DNA of 64,000 nt, taken from Macrostomum hystrix. Lineage: Eukaryota > Animalia > Platyhelminthes. The stretch covers positions 23,746,001 through 23,810,000 of the forward strand of contig CATNEN010000001.1 in the NCBI GenBank assembly GCA_950097015.1, in the 5' to 3' direction. Both the position numbers and the translations under genes were made by a program. Shown here piece after piece: positions 11,095 through 24,418 of the stretch (the first letter of the stretch is position 1; each line of letters opens with the position of its first letter). The notes under the pieces were generated by a model. It was not told the DNA's origin. It worked only from the letters and a program-made list of their open reading frames with translations, and did not search any database.

Positions 11095-11760
11095 AAGAGG
11101 GGAAAGACAGATAAAAGAGCGAAGAGTGGGGTAGAAGAGAGAGAGAGTAAAAGGGAGAGAGAGTAGGAGAAAAAGAGGGTAGAGGGGAGATAGAGTAGAA
11201 GGCAGAGAGGGTAGAAGGCAGATAGGGTAGAAGGGAGTGTGGGTAGAAGAGAGAGAGGGTAGAAACAGGGAGGGTAGAAGGGAGAGAGAGAGAGGGAGAG
11301 AGGGAGAGAGAGAGCGGGAGAGAGGAGAGAGGACACTGCCCATTGAATTTTAAAAATCAAATGTTGGAATCGATTCCGATATGTATCGAAAAAATTGAAA
11401 TCAGGATTCGAACCAAGGCAACTCCAGACGCGTTTCGCTCTTATTGGAGCTCATCAGGGTAGAATGCAGAGGGTAGAAGGCAGATAGGGTAAAAGGGAGT
11501 GTGGGTAGAAGAGAGAGAGGGTAGAAATCAGGGAGGGTAGAAGGGAGAGAGAGGGAGAGGAGAGAGGGAGTTAGGGAGAGAGGATAGAAATCAGAGAGGG
11601 TTAGAATGAGAGAGGGGAGAGAGGGCAGAGGGGAGAGAGGGGAGAGGGGAGAGAGGGCAGAGGGGAGAGTGGGCAGAGGGTAGAGAGGGCAGAGGGGAGA
11701 GAGGGCAGAGGGTAGAGAGGGCAGAGGGGAGAGAGGGTAGACAGACAGGGCAGAAGGGGG
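11095..11760 (+). repeat. Purine-rich degenerate ~16-bp array (GGGTAGAAGGGAGAGA), left arm
   Basis: GA-rich tandem repeat interrupted at about 11340-11457. Confidence 0.85.
11422..11462 (-). ncRNA. Hammerhead ribozyme core (minimal type I-like, stem I degenerate)
   Basis: Minus strand CC-CTGATGA-GCTC-CAATAA-GAGC-GAAA-CGC-GTC-TGGAG: catalytic boxes, a 4-bp stem II and a palindromic mini stem III (ACGCGT) with a GUC triplet. Confidence 0.65.
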
Positions 11761-12337
11761 CAGTGAGTCAGAGGATCCAGAATGAGAAGATGGAAGCAGG
11801 GATGGCACAAAGAGAAGATGAAGCGTGTCACCCAGGCCGCTCCAGCAGTTTGATGAAGCGGTCCTTGCCGCCAGCCAGTCAGCAGACACAAGCTTCAGCT
11901 AGTTTATATTGCGTAACAGGCCGCCAGATAGAGATGAATATAATAGTTCCAGCTTGCCAATCTGTCTGCGATAAAAAAATTAAAGAGAGAGAGAGAGACA
12001 GGCGCTTGACAGGAGCTCCACGCAGCTCATCATGGACCGGAACTGGGGTTCTGCCCTGATTCTCCAGGAAAAAACCATTCAATAGCAGACTCCTGGAGGC
12101 CTGGATGACTGCTCGGACTAAAAACCACCTCGAGGGCCCAATCCATCTTTCTGCGAATCTTAGAAAATAAATTTATAGAAATCATCAGATAAAAGACGGA
12201 TTGGGAGAAAGAAATTCCTTCGGGAGAAGCCACGGCGAGATCTCCATGACAACTAGGAGACAAGTATTGCTTCTATGAGGGATCCGATGTCAAAGTTTCG
12301 GTTGTAAAGCCAGCTCAAAGTTTTGCCAGCTTGTACC

Positions 12338-12992
12338 ACCTCTCTCCCTTCTACCCTCTCTCCCTTCTACCCTCTCTCCCTTCTACCCTCTCTCCCTTCT
12401 ACCCTCTGTCCCTTCTACCCTCTCTCCCTTCTACCCTCTCTCCCTTTTAACCTGTCTCTATTCTACCCTCTGTCCCTTCTACCCTCTCTCCCTCTCTACC
12501 TTCTCTCCCTTCTACCCTCTCTCCCTTCTACCCTCTCTCCCTTCTACCCTCTGTCCCTTCTACCCTCTCTCCCTTCTACCCTCTCTCCCTTCTACCCTCT
12601 CTCCCTTCTACCCTCTCTCCCTTCTAACCTATCTCTATTCTACCCTCTGTCCCTTCTACCCTCTCTCCCTCTCTACCTTCTCTCCCTCTCTACCTTCTCT
12701 ACCTCTCTACCCTCTACCTTCTACCCCTCTCTCCCTCCTACCCTCTCTCCCTTTTACCCTGTCTCCCTTCTACCCTCTCTCCCTTCTAACCTCTCTCTCT
12801 TCTACCCTCTGTCCCTTCTACCCTCTCTCCCTCTCTACCTTCTCTCCCTTCTACGCTCGTACCCTCTCTCCCTTCTACCCTGTTTCCCTTCTACCCTCTC
12901 TCTTTTCTAGCCCTCTATCCCTTCTACCCCTCTCTCCCTTCTACCCCTCTCTCCCTTGTACCCTCTTCTCCGCTCTTTCATATCTCTTTCTC
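12338..12992 (-). repeat. Pyrimidine-rich 16-bp array (TTCTACCCTCTCTCCC), right arm inverted relative to 11095-11760
   Basis: Reverse complement of the left-arm unit. Confidence 0.9.
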
Positions 12993-14220
12993 TGTGGTAA
13001 GATTGTCGGACTATTTACTGAGAGGTCGGGAGTTCAATTTTCGGCCCAACGGGAAGCAGCTTGTGTTTAGCAGAAGCGTTCATAAGTGCACAGAAGTTGT
13101 CAGATTCAGATGAAATGCAGATGCTCTGTCACTGTTCCCAAAATGTCTTTAAAATCTACAAGGCTTTGATGGATGTCCTTTATTCTGAGGAAAATCTCTT
13201 CCTAATCAATTGTTCTTCTCGCAGTCCCGGGACATCAAATGCTCACTCGGCGGAATGTCACGAACAGCTTGGAAAATAAACTCAATTAAAAACAGAGTAG
13301 ACAAAAAACTCGAGTCTGAAAAAAGCGATTTTTAAATCAAAATGCCAACGGAGCAAAGATGAAAGGTGCGCTCACGAAGTGCCCCTAGCAGCAGAAAAAG
13401 TCCGCTGGAAATATAGAGCATACACCTGGCCTTCTCAAACCTCTAGGCAAAAAAATGCTAGGCAAAAAACAAAACATTAATTCTGGTAACAGCCAAAATT
13501 CCAGTGCTGTCAGGTAGTGGGAGTCAGCAATGAAAACGTTAACGACAATGGCTCAAAACTTCCGGTAGGTTGGGGTGGGTGGGGTTGGTTGCTGAGCAGT
13601 TGCTTATGGGGCTTTTAGGGGATAAAAGTTATAACTTGCATTGTTTTTTAGTTCGCTACACAAATACAGATCCTGACAACTGGGAACAGAATTGGCTTGC
13701 TGAGGGGAGCTATAGGCACCAGTGAGGGGACAGTCTAAACCACATACCAGCTGAGGCCTACTGTTTTGCAGCCAGCAAGTCTGCCTGGCAGCAATTAGTC
13801 CTGTACATTTTAAGCAACTTCGCTAGCGAAAGAACTAGTTGCCAACCATGTTTAGAGTTTGAGAATAGTGTGCTCACATGTCATTGAATATTAGTCTGAC
13901 GTAAAGGGTGTCAATACTACATGGAGTCATAATTTCTAATCTTGTCTGCATTGAAATCCCATGGGAGAAATGTAGTAAAAGCACCTGTTTCGAATCGGAT
14001 TCTCCCAAACAAGGCAACAACAATATTGGCAGATTGTCCTGAACAATCTACTCCTAATTTACGGACGCTAAAAGTGTGCGCAGGCAGAATAGGATTATGC
14101 TATGCTAAAGTTAATTTGATTACGTTAATCATGTGAAATCATGTGATGAGACACGTATAGTACTGTAGTATTGTAGAGAATATAGAGATTTTGTAAGGCT
14201 TTGTGAGATTTTGTGTTAAT

Positions 14221-14510
14221 AGGTTGTAGCATTGTGGTGTCGGAAGGTCGGGGGTTCGATTCCCAATGCCACTGAAATAATTTGTGTCCTTTAGCAAGAC
14301 ACAACTCTGCATTGCTTCAGTTCACCCAGCTGTTAAATGGGCACCAGTATCAGCTGGGATAATTGAGGGTGGGCGTGGCGTCCCCCCAGTCCATGGACTG
14401 AAAAGTCGTACGCAGCCTCCAGATGCGCCGCCCAATAGCTGCGGCTGTGCTGTCGGCTGCACACCTGGCCCAATTGGGGGCATGTGTAATCAATAATTAT
14501 TATTATTACA
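14221..14510 (+). mobile_element. CORE-type tRNA SINE, family A (head partly deleted)
   Basis: B box GGTTCGATTCC, CORE-like TGTGTCCTTTAGCAAGACAC...GTTAAATGGG and an (ATT)n tail. Homologous to 43225-43543. Confidence 0.8.
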
Positions 14511-15469
14511 ATACTGTTAAGCACATCACCTCGTGTTAGGCACAAGGTCATGAGTTCAAATCTCAGCCAAAAAAAGAAACTAATATTGTGTCTTATAGCA
14601 GGACAGTTATTCCCCAGTGCTAGTAGTTGGGTTAATAAGTTTAGTGGGTCTGCCGGCTTTCCCAGTCCATGGACTGAGCTGCTGTACAGAGCCTTTGGAA
14701 GCACCGAGAGACAACAAGCGATTCTTCTCGAAGAAGCCAAGAACACTGCCTTAGCCTGGAGCAGAGACACAGACAGAATTAAGAAACACAGCCCATTGAT
14801 TCTGCAGCATTCTGGCAATGAAGGGCCTAGTCATCTTCAGAGATGCTTCAAACTGGCGCCTTTGCACTCTTTGCCACTCCTGAGACTCAGTCACTCGACA
14901 GTCCCTATCTCGGCAGCTTGAGTTGAGTGGTTCGTCCTTGTCCAGCCTGGCCATTCTGTCTCCAATTTCATCTCTCTCGACCGTCTCTCAGCTTTTAGGA
15001 GAAGCAAAACCAAGTAGAGCAATTTTGGCAGGCTGAATAAGGTTTTTTAGCTTCTTGAACAGTTCAGCTCTGAGGACAGAAGTTGAACAAAAAACTGAAC
15101 TTATACGTGGGGCTGAACTTGTCTTCTTTCGACCAAGCCTATAGTGGAACTGTGAGGCTGCAGTTCTAGTTTTGATCGACAGCAAATTCAATTGCTCTGC
15201 AGCTAAACCAAAATAAACTGGGAGTCAGTCGCTGGTCTCACAGCATGCAGAGTCGAGTGCAACAGGGCGTTCGCGTTATAGGCGACTCAAGTGGCTTTGA
15301 AGAGTGACGTGTGTGTAACCATGCACTGTGGCCCGCACAATTCAATACGGCTAAGCATTGTTATTAAACTACTCTTCACTCTGAAGTAGAGCTGTTTTCA
15401 GAAAACTTTCTAAAAACAAACTGGGCTTTTCAAGCCCAACACGACTAGCGAAAACTGAAGGATTGGTGG

Positions 15470-16150
15470 AAGGCCCTGAACTATCAGATGATACCAGTCC
15501 TGAAGGATGGCCCTGAACTATCAGATGATAATATAGCCCTGAACTATCAGATGATACTATAGCCCTGAACTATCGGATGATACTATAGCCGTGAACTATC
15601 AGATGATACTATAGCCGTGAACTATCAGATGATACTATAGCCCTGAACTATTGGATGATACCAACCCTGAACTATCAGATGATACTATCCGTGAACTATC
15701 AGATGATACTAGCCCTGAACTATCAGATGATACCAGCCCCGAACTATCAGATGATAATATAGCCCTGAACTATCGGATGATACTATAGCCGTGAACTATC
15801 AGATGATACTATAGCCGTGAACTATCAGATGATACTATAGCCCTGAACTATTGGATGATACCAACCCTGAACTATCAGATGATACTATCCGTGAACTATC
15901 AGATGATACTAGCCCTGAACTATCAGATGATACCAGCCCCGAACTATCAGATGATACTATCCGTGAAGGATGGCCCTGAACTATCAGATGATACTATAGC
16001 CCTGAACTATCAGATGATACTAGCCCTGAATTATGGCCCTGAACTAGAAGATGATACTATACCTCTGAACTATCAGATGATACTATACCTCTGAACTATC
16101 AGATGATACTATACCTCTGAACTATCAGATGATACTAGCCCTGAAGGATC
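15470..16150. repeat. ~24-26-bp minisatellite (CCCTGAACTATCAGATGATACTATAG)
   Basis: Tandem repeat. Confidence 0.95.
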
Positions 16151-16799
16151 GGCTGATGACCCTGACTAGAAAAGGAAAGCAAATTTTCAAATCATCAAGA
16201 GAAATTGCTGATTTTAAAGATAAAACACGGAACAAACTTTCCTAGAAAATTATTTTAATTTGATTCACAGCAACTAGCAAAATTAGTTGGTCATTTGGCC
16301 ATTTTGCGTTACTGAATAGCTAGCTGATCGATAAATTATTGCATTTTTCTTACTCGAAGCAAACAAGCAAGCTGAACACTGACTTAACACAGCACCAGCA
16401 AATTGCGTAATAGCTCACCCTAACTCTGAGTAAAGCCTTCGTCAATTGAAACGCAAAACGCAACGTACGTAAATGAATTAAAACTAAAATTTGTGACAAG
16501 CAACGAGCTAGTTAGAACAGCAAATTCTGAATGTCCGAAAAATTGCATCCCTAATCCCTTAATTTCCTAATCTCATAATCCGATCGCTTGAGCTTGAGCT
16601 ATTTTTCGAGCGGTCTATCGGTCCTCCGCAGGGACTATTGCGTCGCTAGGAAAATGAGAAACGAAATTAGACAATCTTCCGGCGAACATTGCTCGAGTTT
16701 GAACATTGATTTTATCGATTTAAAGGCAATTATTCAAAATACTAATATTTAAGCTCTACTCTACTGAAAGTAAGCAGAACAGCTACTGCACGACGATTC

Positions 16800-19700
16800 T
16801 GAAACTAACTAAATCAATCTGTCGAATCTCAGAACTAACTAAATCAATCTGTCGAGTCTCAGAACTAACTAAATCAATCTGTCGAGTCTCAGAACTAACT
16901 AAATCAATCTGTCGAATCTCAGAACTAGCTAAATCAATCTGTCGAGTCTCAGAACTAGCTAAATCAATCTGTCGAGTCTCAGAACTAACTAAATCAATCT
17001 GTCGAATCTCAGAACTAAATAAATCAATCTGTCGAATCTCAGAACTAACTAAATCAATCTGTCGAGTCTCAGAACTAGCTAAATCAATCTGTCGAATCTC
17101 AGAACAAACAAAATCAATCTGTCGAATCTCGGAACTAACTAAATCAATCTGTCGAATCTCAGAACTAACTAAATCAATCTGTCGAATCTCAGAACTAACT
17201 AAATCAATCTGTCGAGTCTCAGAACTAGCTAAATCAATCTGTCGAGTCTCAGAACTAGCTAAATCAATCTGTTGAATCTCAGAACTAGCTAAATCAATCT
17301 GTCGAGTCTCAGAACTAACTAAATCAATCTGTCGAATCTCAGAACTAGCTAAATCAATCTGTCGAGTCTCAGAACTAGCTAAATCAATCTGTCGAATCTC
17401 AGAACTAGCTAAATCAATCTGTCGAGTCTCAGAACTAGCTAAATCAATCTGTCGAGTCTCAGAACTAGCTAAATCAATCTGTCGAGTCTCAGAACTAGCT
17501 AAATCAATCTGTCGAATCTCAGAACTAGCTAAATCAATCTGTCGAGTCTCAGAACTAGCTAAATCAATCTGTCGAGTCTCAGAACTAGCTAAATCAATCT
17601 GTTGAATCTCAGAACTAGCTAAATCAATCTGTCGAGTCTCAGAACTAGCTAAATCAATCTGTCGAGTCTCAGAACTAGCTAAATCAATCTGTCGAGTCTC
17701 AGAACTAGCTAAATCAATCTGTCGAATCTCAGAACTAGCTAAATCAATCTGTCGAGTCTCAGAACTAGCTAAATCAATCTGTCGAGTCTCAGAACTAGCT
17801 AAATCAATCTGTTGAATCTCAGAACTAACTAAATCAATCTGTCGAATCTCAGAACTAACTAAATCAATCTGTCGAGTCTCAGAACTAGCTAAATCAATCT
17901 GTCGATATCTCAGAACTAACTAAATCAATCTGTCGAATCTCAGAACTAACTAAATCAATCTGTCGAATCTCAGAACTAACTAAATCAATCTGTCGAATCT
18001 CAGAACTAACTAAATCAATCTGTCGATATCTCAGAACTAACTAAATCAATCTGTCGAGTCTCAGAACTAGCTAAATCAATCTGTCGAATCTCGGAACTAA
18101 CTAAATCAATCTGTCGAATCTCAGAACTAACTAAATCAATTTGTCGAATCTCGGAACTAACTAAATCAATCTGTCGAGTCTCAGAACTAGCTAAATCAAT
18201 CTGTCGATATCTCAGAACTAACTAAATCAATCTGTCGAATCTCAGAACTAACTAAATCAATCTGTCGAATCTCAGAACTAACTAAATCAATCTGTCGAAT
18301 CTCAGAACTAACTAAATCAATCTGTCGATATCTCAGAACTAACTAAATCAATCTGTCGAGTCTCAGAACTAGCTAAATCAATCTGTCGAATCTCGGAACT
18401 AACTAAATCAATCTGTCGAATCTCAGAACTAACTAAATCAATCTGTCGAATCTCGGAACTAACTAAATCAATCTGTCGAATCTCGGAACTAACTAAATCA
18501 ATCTGTAGAGTCTCAGAACTAACTAAATCAATCTGTCGAGTCTCAGAACTAGCTAAATCAATCTGTCGAGTCTCAGAACTAGCTAAATCAATCTGTCGAG
18601 TCTCAGAACTAGCTAAATCAATCTGTCGAGTCTCAGAACTAGCTAAATCAATCTGTCGAGTCTCAGAACTAACTAAATCAATCTGTCGAATCTCAGAACT
18701 AGCTAAATCAATCTGTCGAGTCTCAGAACTAGCTAAATCAATCTGTCGAGTATCAGAACTAACTAAATCAATCTGTCGAGTATCAGAACTAACTACTCGT
18801 AAATCAATCTGTCGAATCTCAGAACTAGCTAAATCAATCTGTCGAGTCTCAGAACTAACTAAATCAATCTGTCGAGTATCAGAACAAACAAAATCAATCT
18901 GTCGAATCTCAGAACTAACTAAATCAATCTGTCGAGTCTCGGAACTAACTAAATCAATCTGTCGAATCTCAGAACTAGCTAAATCAATCTGTCGAGTCTC
19001 AGAACTAGCTAAATCAATCTGTCGAGTCTCAGAACTAGCTAAATCAATCTGTCGAGTCTCAGAACTAGCTAAATCAATCTGTCGAGTCTCAGAACTAGCT
19101 AAATCAATCTGTCGAGTCTCAGAACTAGCTAAATCAATCTGTCGAGTCTCAGAACTAGCTAAATCAATCTGTCGAATCTCAGAACTAACTAAATCAATCT
19201 GTCGAATCTCAGAACTAGCTAAATCAATCTGTCGAGTCTCAGAACTAGCTAAATCAATCTGTCGAGTCTCAGAACTAACTAAATCAATCTGTCGAATCTC
19301 AGAACTAACTAAATCAATCTGTCGAATCTCAGAACTAACTAAATCAATCTGTTGAATCTCAGAACTAGCTAAATCAATCTGTCGAGTCTCAGAACTAACT
19401 AAATCAATCTGTCGAATCTCAGAACTAACTAAATCAATCTGTTGAATCTCAGAACTAGCTAAATCAATCTGTCGAATCTCAGAACTAACTAAATCAATCT
19501 GTCGAGTATCAGAACTAGCTAAATCAATCTGTCGAGTCTCAGAACTAACTAAATCAATCTGTCGAGTCTCGGAACTAACTAAATCAATCTGTCGAGTATC
19601 AGAACTAGCTAAATCAATCTGTCGAGTCTCGGAACTAACTAAATCAATCTGTCGAATCTCAGAACTAGCTAAATCAATCTGTCGAGTCTCAGAACTAGCT

Positions 19701-22700
19701 AAATCAATCTGTTGAATCTCAGAACTAGCTAAATCAATCTGTCGAGTCTCAGAACTAACTAAATCAATCTGTCGAATCTCAGAACTAACTAAATCAATCT
19801 GTCGAATCTCGGAACTAGCTAAATCAATCTGTTGAGTCTCAGAACTAACTAAATCAATCTGTCGAGTCTCAGAACTAGCTAAATCAATCTGTCGAGTCTC
19901 AGAACTAGCTAAATCAATCTGTTGAATCTCAGAACTAGCTAAATCAATCTGTCGAGTATCAGAACTAACTAAATCAATCTGTCGAGTCTCAGAACTAACT
20001 AAATCAATCTGTCGAGTATCAGAACTAGCTAAATCAATCTGTCGAGTCTCGGAACTAACTAAATCAATCTGTCGAGTATCAGAACTAGCTAAATCAATCT
20101 GTCGAGTCTCGGAACTAACTAAATCAATCTGTCGAATCTCAGAACTAGCTAAATCAATCTGTCGAGTCTCAGAACTAGCTAAATCAATCTGTTGAATCTC
20201 AGAACTAGCTAAATCAATCTGTCGAGTCTCAGAACTAACTAAATCAATCTGTCGAATCTCAGAACTAACTAAATCAATCTGTCGAATCTCGGAACTAGCT
20301 AAATCAATCTGTTGAGTCTCAGAACTAACTAAATCAATCTGTCGAGTCTCAGAACTAGCTAAATCAATCTGTCGAGTCTCAGAACTAGCTAAATCAATCT
20401 GTTGAATCTCAGAACTAGCTAAATCAATTTGTCGAGTCTCAGAACTAACTAAATCAATCTGTCGAATCTCAGAACTAACTAAATCAATCTGTCGAATCTC
20501 GGAACTAACTAAATCAATCTGTTGAATCTCAGAACTAACTAAATCAATCTGTCGAATCTCAGAACTAGCTAAATCAATCTGTCGAGTCTCAGAACTAACT
20601 AAATCAATCTGTCGAGTCTCAGAACTAACTAAATCAATCTGTCGAATCTCAGAACTAACTAAATCAATCTGTCGAGTCTCAGAACTAACTAAATCAATCT
20701 GTCGAGTCTCAGAACTAGCTAAATCAATCTGTCGAGTCTCAGAACTAACTAAATCAATCTGTCGAATCTCAGAACTAACTAAATCAATCTGTCGAATCTC
20801 AGAACTAACTAAATCAATCTGTCGAATCTCAGAACTAACTAAATCAATCTGTCGAATCTCAGAACTAGCTAAATCAATCTGTCGAATCTCAGAACTAGCT
20901 AAATCAATCTGTCGAATCTCAGAACTAACTAAATCAATCTGTTGAATCTCAGAACTAACTAAATCAATCTGTTGAATCTCAGAACTAGCTAAATCAATCT
21001 GTCGAATCTCAGAACTAACTAAATCAATCTGTTGAATCTCAGAACTAACTAAATCAATCTGTCGAATCTCAGAACTAACTAAATCAATCTGTCGAATCTC
21101 AGAACTAGCTAAATCAATCTGTCGAGTCTCAGAACTAGCTAAATCAATCTGTCGAGTCTCAGAACTAACTAAATCAATCTGTCGAGTCTCAGAACTAACT
21201 AAATCAATCTGTCGAATCTCAGAACTAACTAAATCAATCTGTCGAGTCTCAGAACTAACTAAATCAATCTGTCGAATCTCAGAACTAGCTAAATCAATCT
21301 GTCGAGTCTCAGAACTAACTAAATCAATCTGTCGAGTCTCAGAACTAACTAAATCAATCTGTCGAATCTCAGAACTAGCTAAATCAATCTGTCGAGTCTC
21401 AGAACTAACTAAATCAATCTGTCGAGTCTCAGAACTAGCTAAATCAATCTGTCGAGTCTCAGAACTAGCTAAATCAATCTGTCGAGTCTCAGAACTAACT
21501 AAATCAATCTGTCGAATCTCAGAACTAGCTAAATCAATCTGTCGAGTCTCAGAACTAGCTAAATCAATCTGTCGAGTCTCAGAACTAACTAAATCAATCT
21601 GTCGAGTCTCAGAACTAACTAAATCAATCTGTCGAATCTCAGAACTAACTAAATCAATCTGTCGAGTCTCAGAACTAACTAAATCAATCTGTCGAATCTC
21701 AGAACTAGCTAAATCAATCTGTCGAGTCTCAGAACTAACTAAATCAATCTGTCGAGTCTCAGAACTAACTAAATCAATCTGTCGAATCTCAGAACTAGCT
21801 AAATCAATCTGTCGAGTCTCAGAACTAACTAAATCAATCTGTCGAGTCTCAGAACTAGCTAAATCAATCTGTCGAGTCTCAGAACTAGCTAAATCAATCT
21901 GTCGAGTCTCAGAACTAACTAAATCAATCTGTCGAATCTCAGAACTAACTAAATCAATCTGTCGAATCTCAGAACTAACTAAATCAATCTGTCGAGTCTC
22001 AGAACTAGCTAAATCAATCTGTCGAGTCTCAGAACTAACTAAATCAATCTGTCGAGTCTCAGAACTAGCTAAATCAATCTGTCGAGTCTCAGAACTAACT
22101 AAATCAATCTGTCGAGTCTCAGAACTAGCTAAATCAATCTGTCGAATCTCAGAACTAGCTAAATCAATCTGTCGAGTCTCAGAACTAACTAAATCAATCT
22201 GTTGAATCTCAGAACTAGCTAAATCAATCTGTCGAGTCTCAGAACTAGCTAAATCAATCTGTCGAGTCTCAGAACTAGCTAAATCAATCTGTCGAATCTC
22301 AGAACTAACTAAATCAATCTGTCGAATCTCAGAACTAACTAAATCAATCTGTCGAGTCTCAGAACTAACTAAATCAATCTGTTGAATCTCAGAACTAACT
22401 AAATCAATCTGTCGAATCTCAGAACTAACTAAATCAATCTGTCGAGTCTCAGAACTAACTAAATCAATCTGTTGGATCTCAGAACTAACTAAATCAATCT
22501 GTCGAATCTCAGAACTAGCTAAATCAATCTGTCGAGTCTCAGAACTAGCTAAATCAATCTGTCGAGTCTCAGAACTAACTAAATCAATCTGTTGAATCTC
22601 AGAACTAGCTAAATCAATCTGTCGAGTCTCAGAACTAACTAAATCAATCTGTTGAATCTCAGAACTAGCTAAATCAATCTGTCGAGTCTCAGAACTAACT

Positions 22701-24025
22701 AAATCAATCTGTCGAGTCTCAGAACTAACTAAATCAATCTGTTGAATCTCAGAACTAGCTAAATCAATCTGTCGAGTCTCAGAACTAACTAAATCAATCT
22801 GTTGAATCTCAGAACTAACTAAATCAATCTGTCGAGTCTCAGAACTAGCTTAATCAATCTGTCGAGTCTCAGAACTAACTAAATCAATCTGTTGAATCTC
22901 AGAACTAACTAAATCAATCTGTCGAGTCTCAGAACTAACTAAATCAATCTGTCGAGTCTCAGAACTAGCTAAATCAATCTGTTGAATCTCAGAACTAACT
23001 AAATCAATCTGTCGAGTCTCAGAACTAGCTTAATCAATCTGTCGAGTCTCAGAACTAGCTAAATCAATCTGTCGAGTCTCAGAACTAACTAAATCAATCT
23101 GTCGAATCTCAGAACTAGCTAAATCAATCTGTCGAATCTCAGAACTAACTAAATCAATCTGTCGAAACTCAGAACTAACTAAATCAATCTGTTGAATCTC
23201 AGAACTAGCTAAATCAATCTGTCGAGTCTCAGAACTAACTAAATCAATCTGTTGAATCTCAGAACTAGCTAAATCAATCTGTCGAATCTCAGAACTAACT
23301 AAATCAATCTGTCGAATCTCAGAACTAGCTAAATGAATCTGTCGAATCTCGGAACTAACCAAATCAATCTGTCGAATCTCAGAACTAGCTAAATCAATCT
23401 GTCGAATCTCAGAACTAGCTAAATCAATCTGTCGAATCTCAGAACTAGCTAAATCAATCTGTCGAATCTCAGAACTAACTAAATCAATCTGTTGAATCTC
23501 AGAACTAGCTAAATCAATCTGTCGAATCTCAGAACTAGCTAAATCAATCTGTCGAATCTCAGAACTAACTAAATCAATCTGTTGAATCTCAGAACTAGCT
23601 AAATCAATCTGTCGAATCTCAGAACTAACTAAATCAATCTGTTGAATCTCAGAACTAACTAAATCAATCTGTCGAATCTCAGAACTAACTAAATCAATCT
23701 GTTGAATCTCAGAACTAACTAAATCAATCTGTTGAATCTCAGAACTAGCTTAATCAATCTGTCGAGTCTCAGAACTAGCTTAATCAATCTGTCGAGTCTC
23801 AGAACTAACTAAATCAATCTGTTGAATCTCAGAACTAGCTAAATCAATCTGTCGAGTCTCAGACTAGCTTAATCAATCTGTCGAGTCTCAGAACTAGCTT
23901 AATCAATCTGTCGAGTCTCAGAACTAACTAAATCAATCTGTTGAGTCTCAGAACTAACTAAATCAATCTGTCGAATCTCAGACTAGCTAAATCAATCTGT
24001 CGAGTCTCAGACTAGCTAAATCAAT
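16800..24025. repeat. 30-bp satellite (AGAACTARCTAAATCAATCTGTYGARTCTC)n, about 7.2 kb, roughly 240 monomers
   Basis: Highly homogeneous tandem array with mainly three biallelic positions. Confidence 0.99.
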
Positions 24026-24418
24026 GGTAAGCGGTAGAAAATATAAAAAACCACCAAACAGCTTTATTATATTAATTTGAAGTCGATAATTGTTAAAGCT
24101 AAATCGGCGAAGCACTTACTTGTGCATATTATTATATTAATTTTTAACTGTGATTTGGACAAATTCGGCACAAAACACAATCGATTTGGACTAACTGGAT
24201 CTGGTTACTAGAATAAGAGAACGACCAGTTTGTTTGATAAAATTAGATAGACTACTGAAACAGCTCGTGGTATCTCCACTGTTAGAGCAGAATGGAAAGT
24301 GGTTAGTTGTTCGCTGCGTAAAACCTACTAGGAATTAGAAGAGTGAAATCTAGTGCATGAATCAAACGAAAGATTGTTCAATCTGTAGTTCTGTCCATCC
24401 CACTGAGAATCGCCCAGT

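Noticed and set aside
11335-11765. CACTGCCC/GGGCAGTG as CACTA-type TIRs
   Set aside because: Only 8 bp with no TSD; could arise by chance.
16800-24025. 30-bp array as a repetitive protein exon (EIRQIDLVSS) or a CRISPR-like array
   Set aside because: Frame-breaking indels, variants at second codon positions rather than synonymous sites, no unique spacers, and eukaryotic context.
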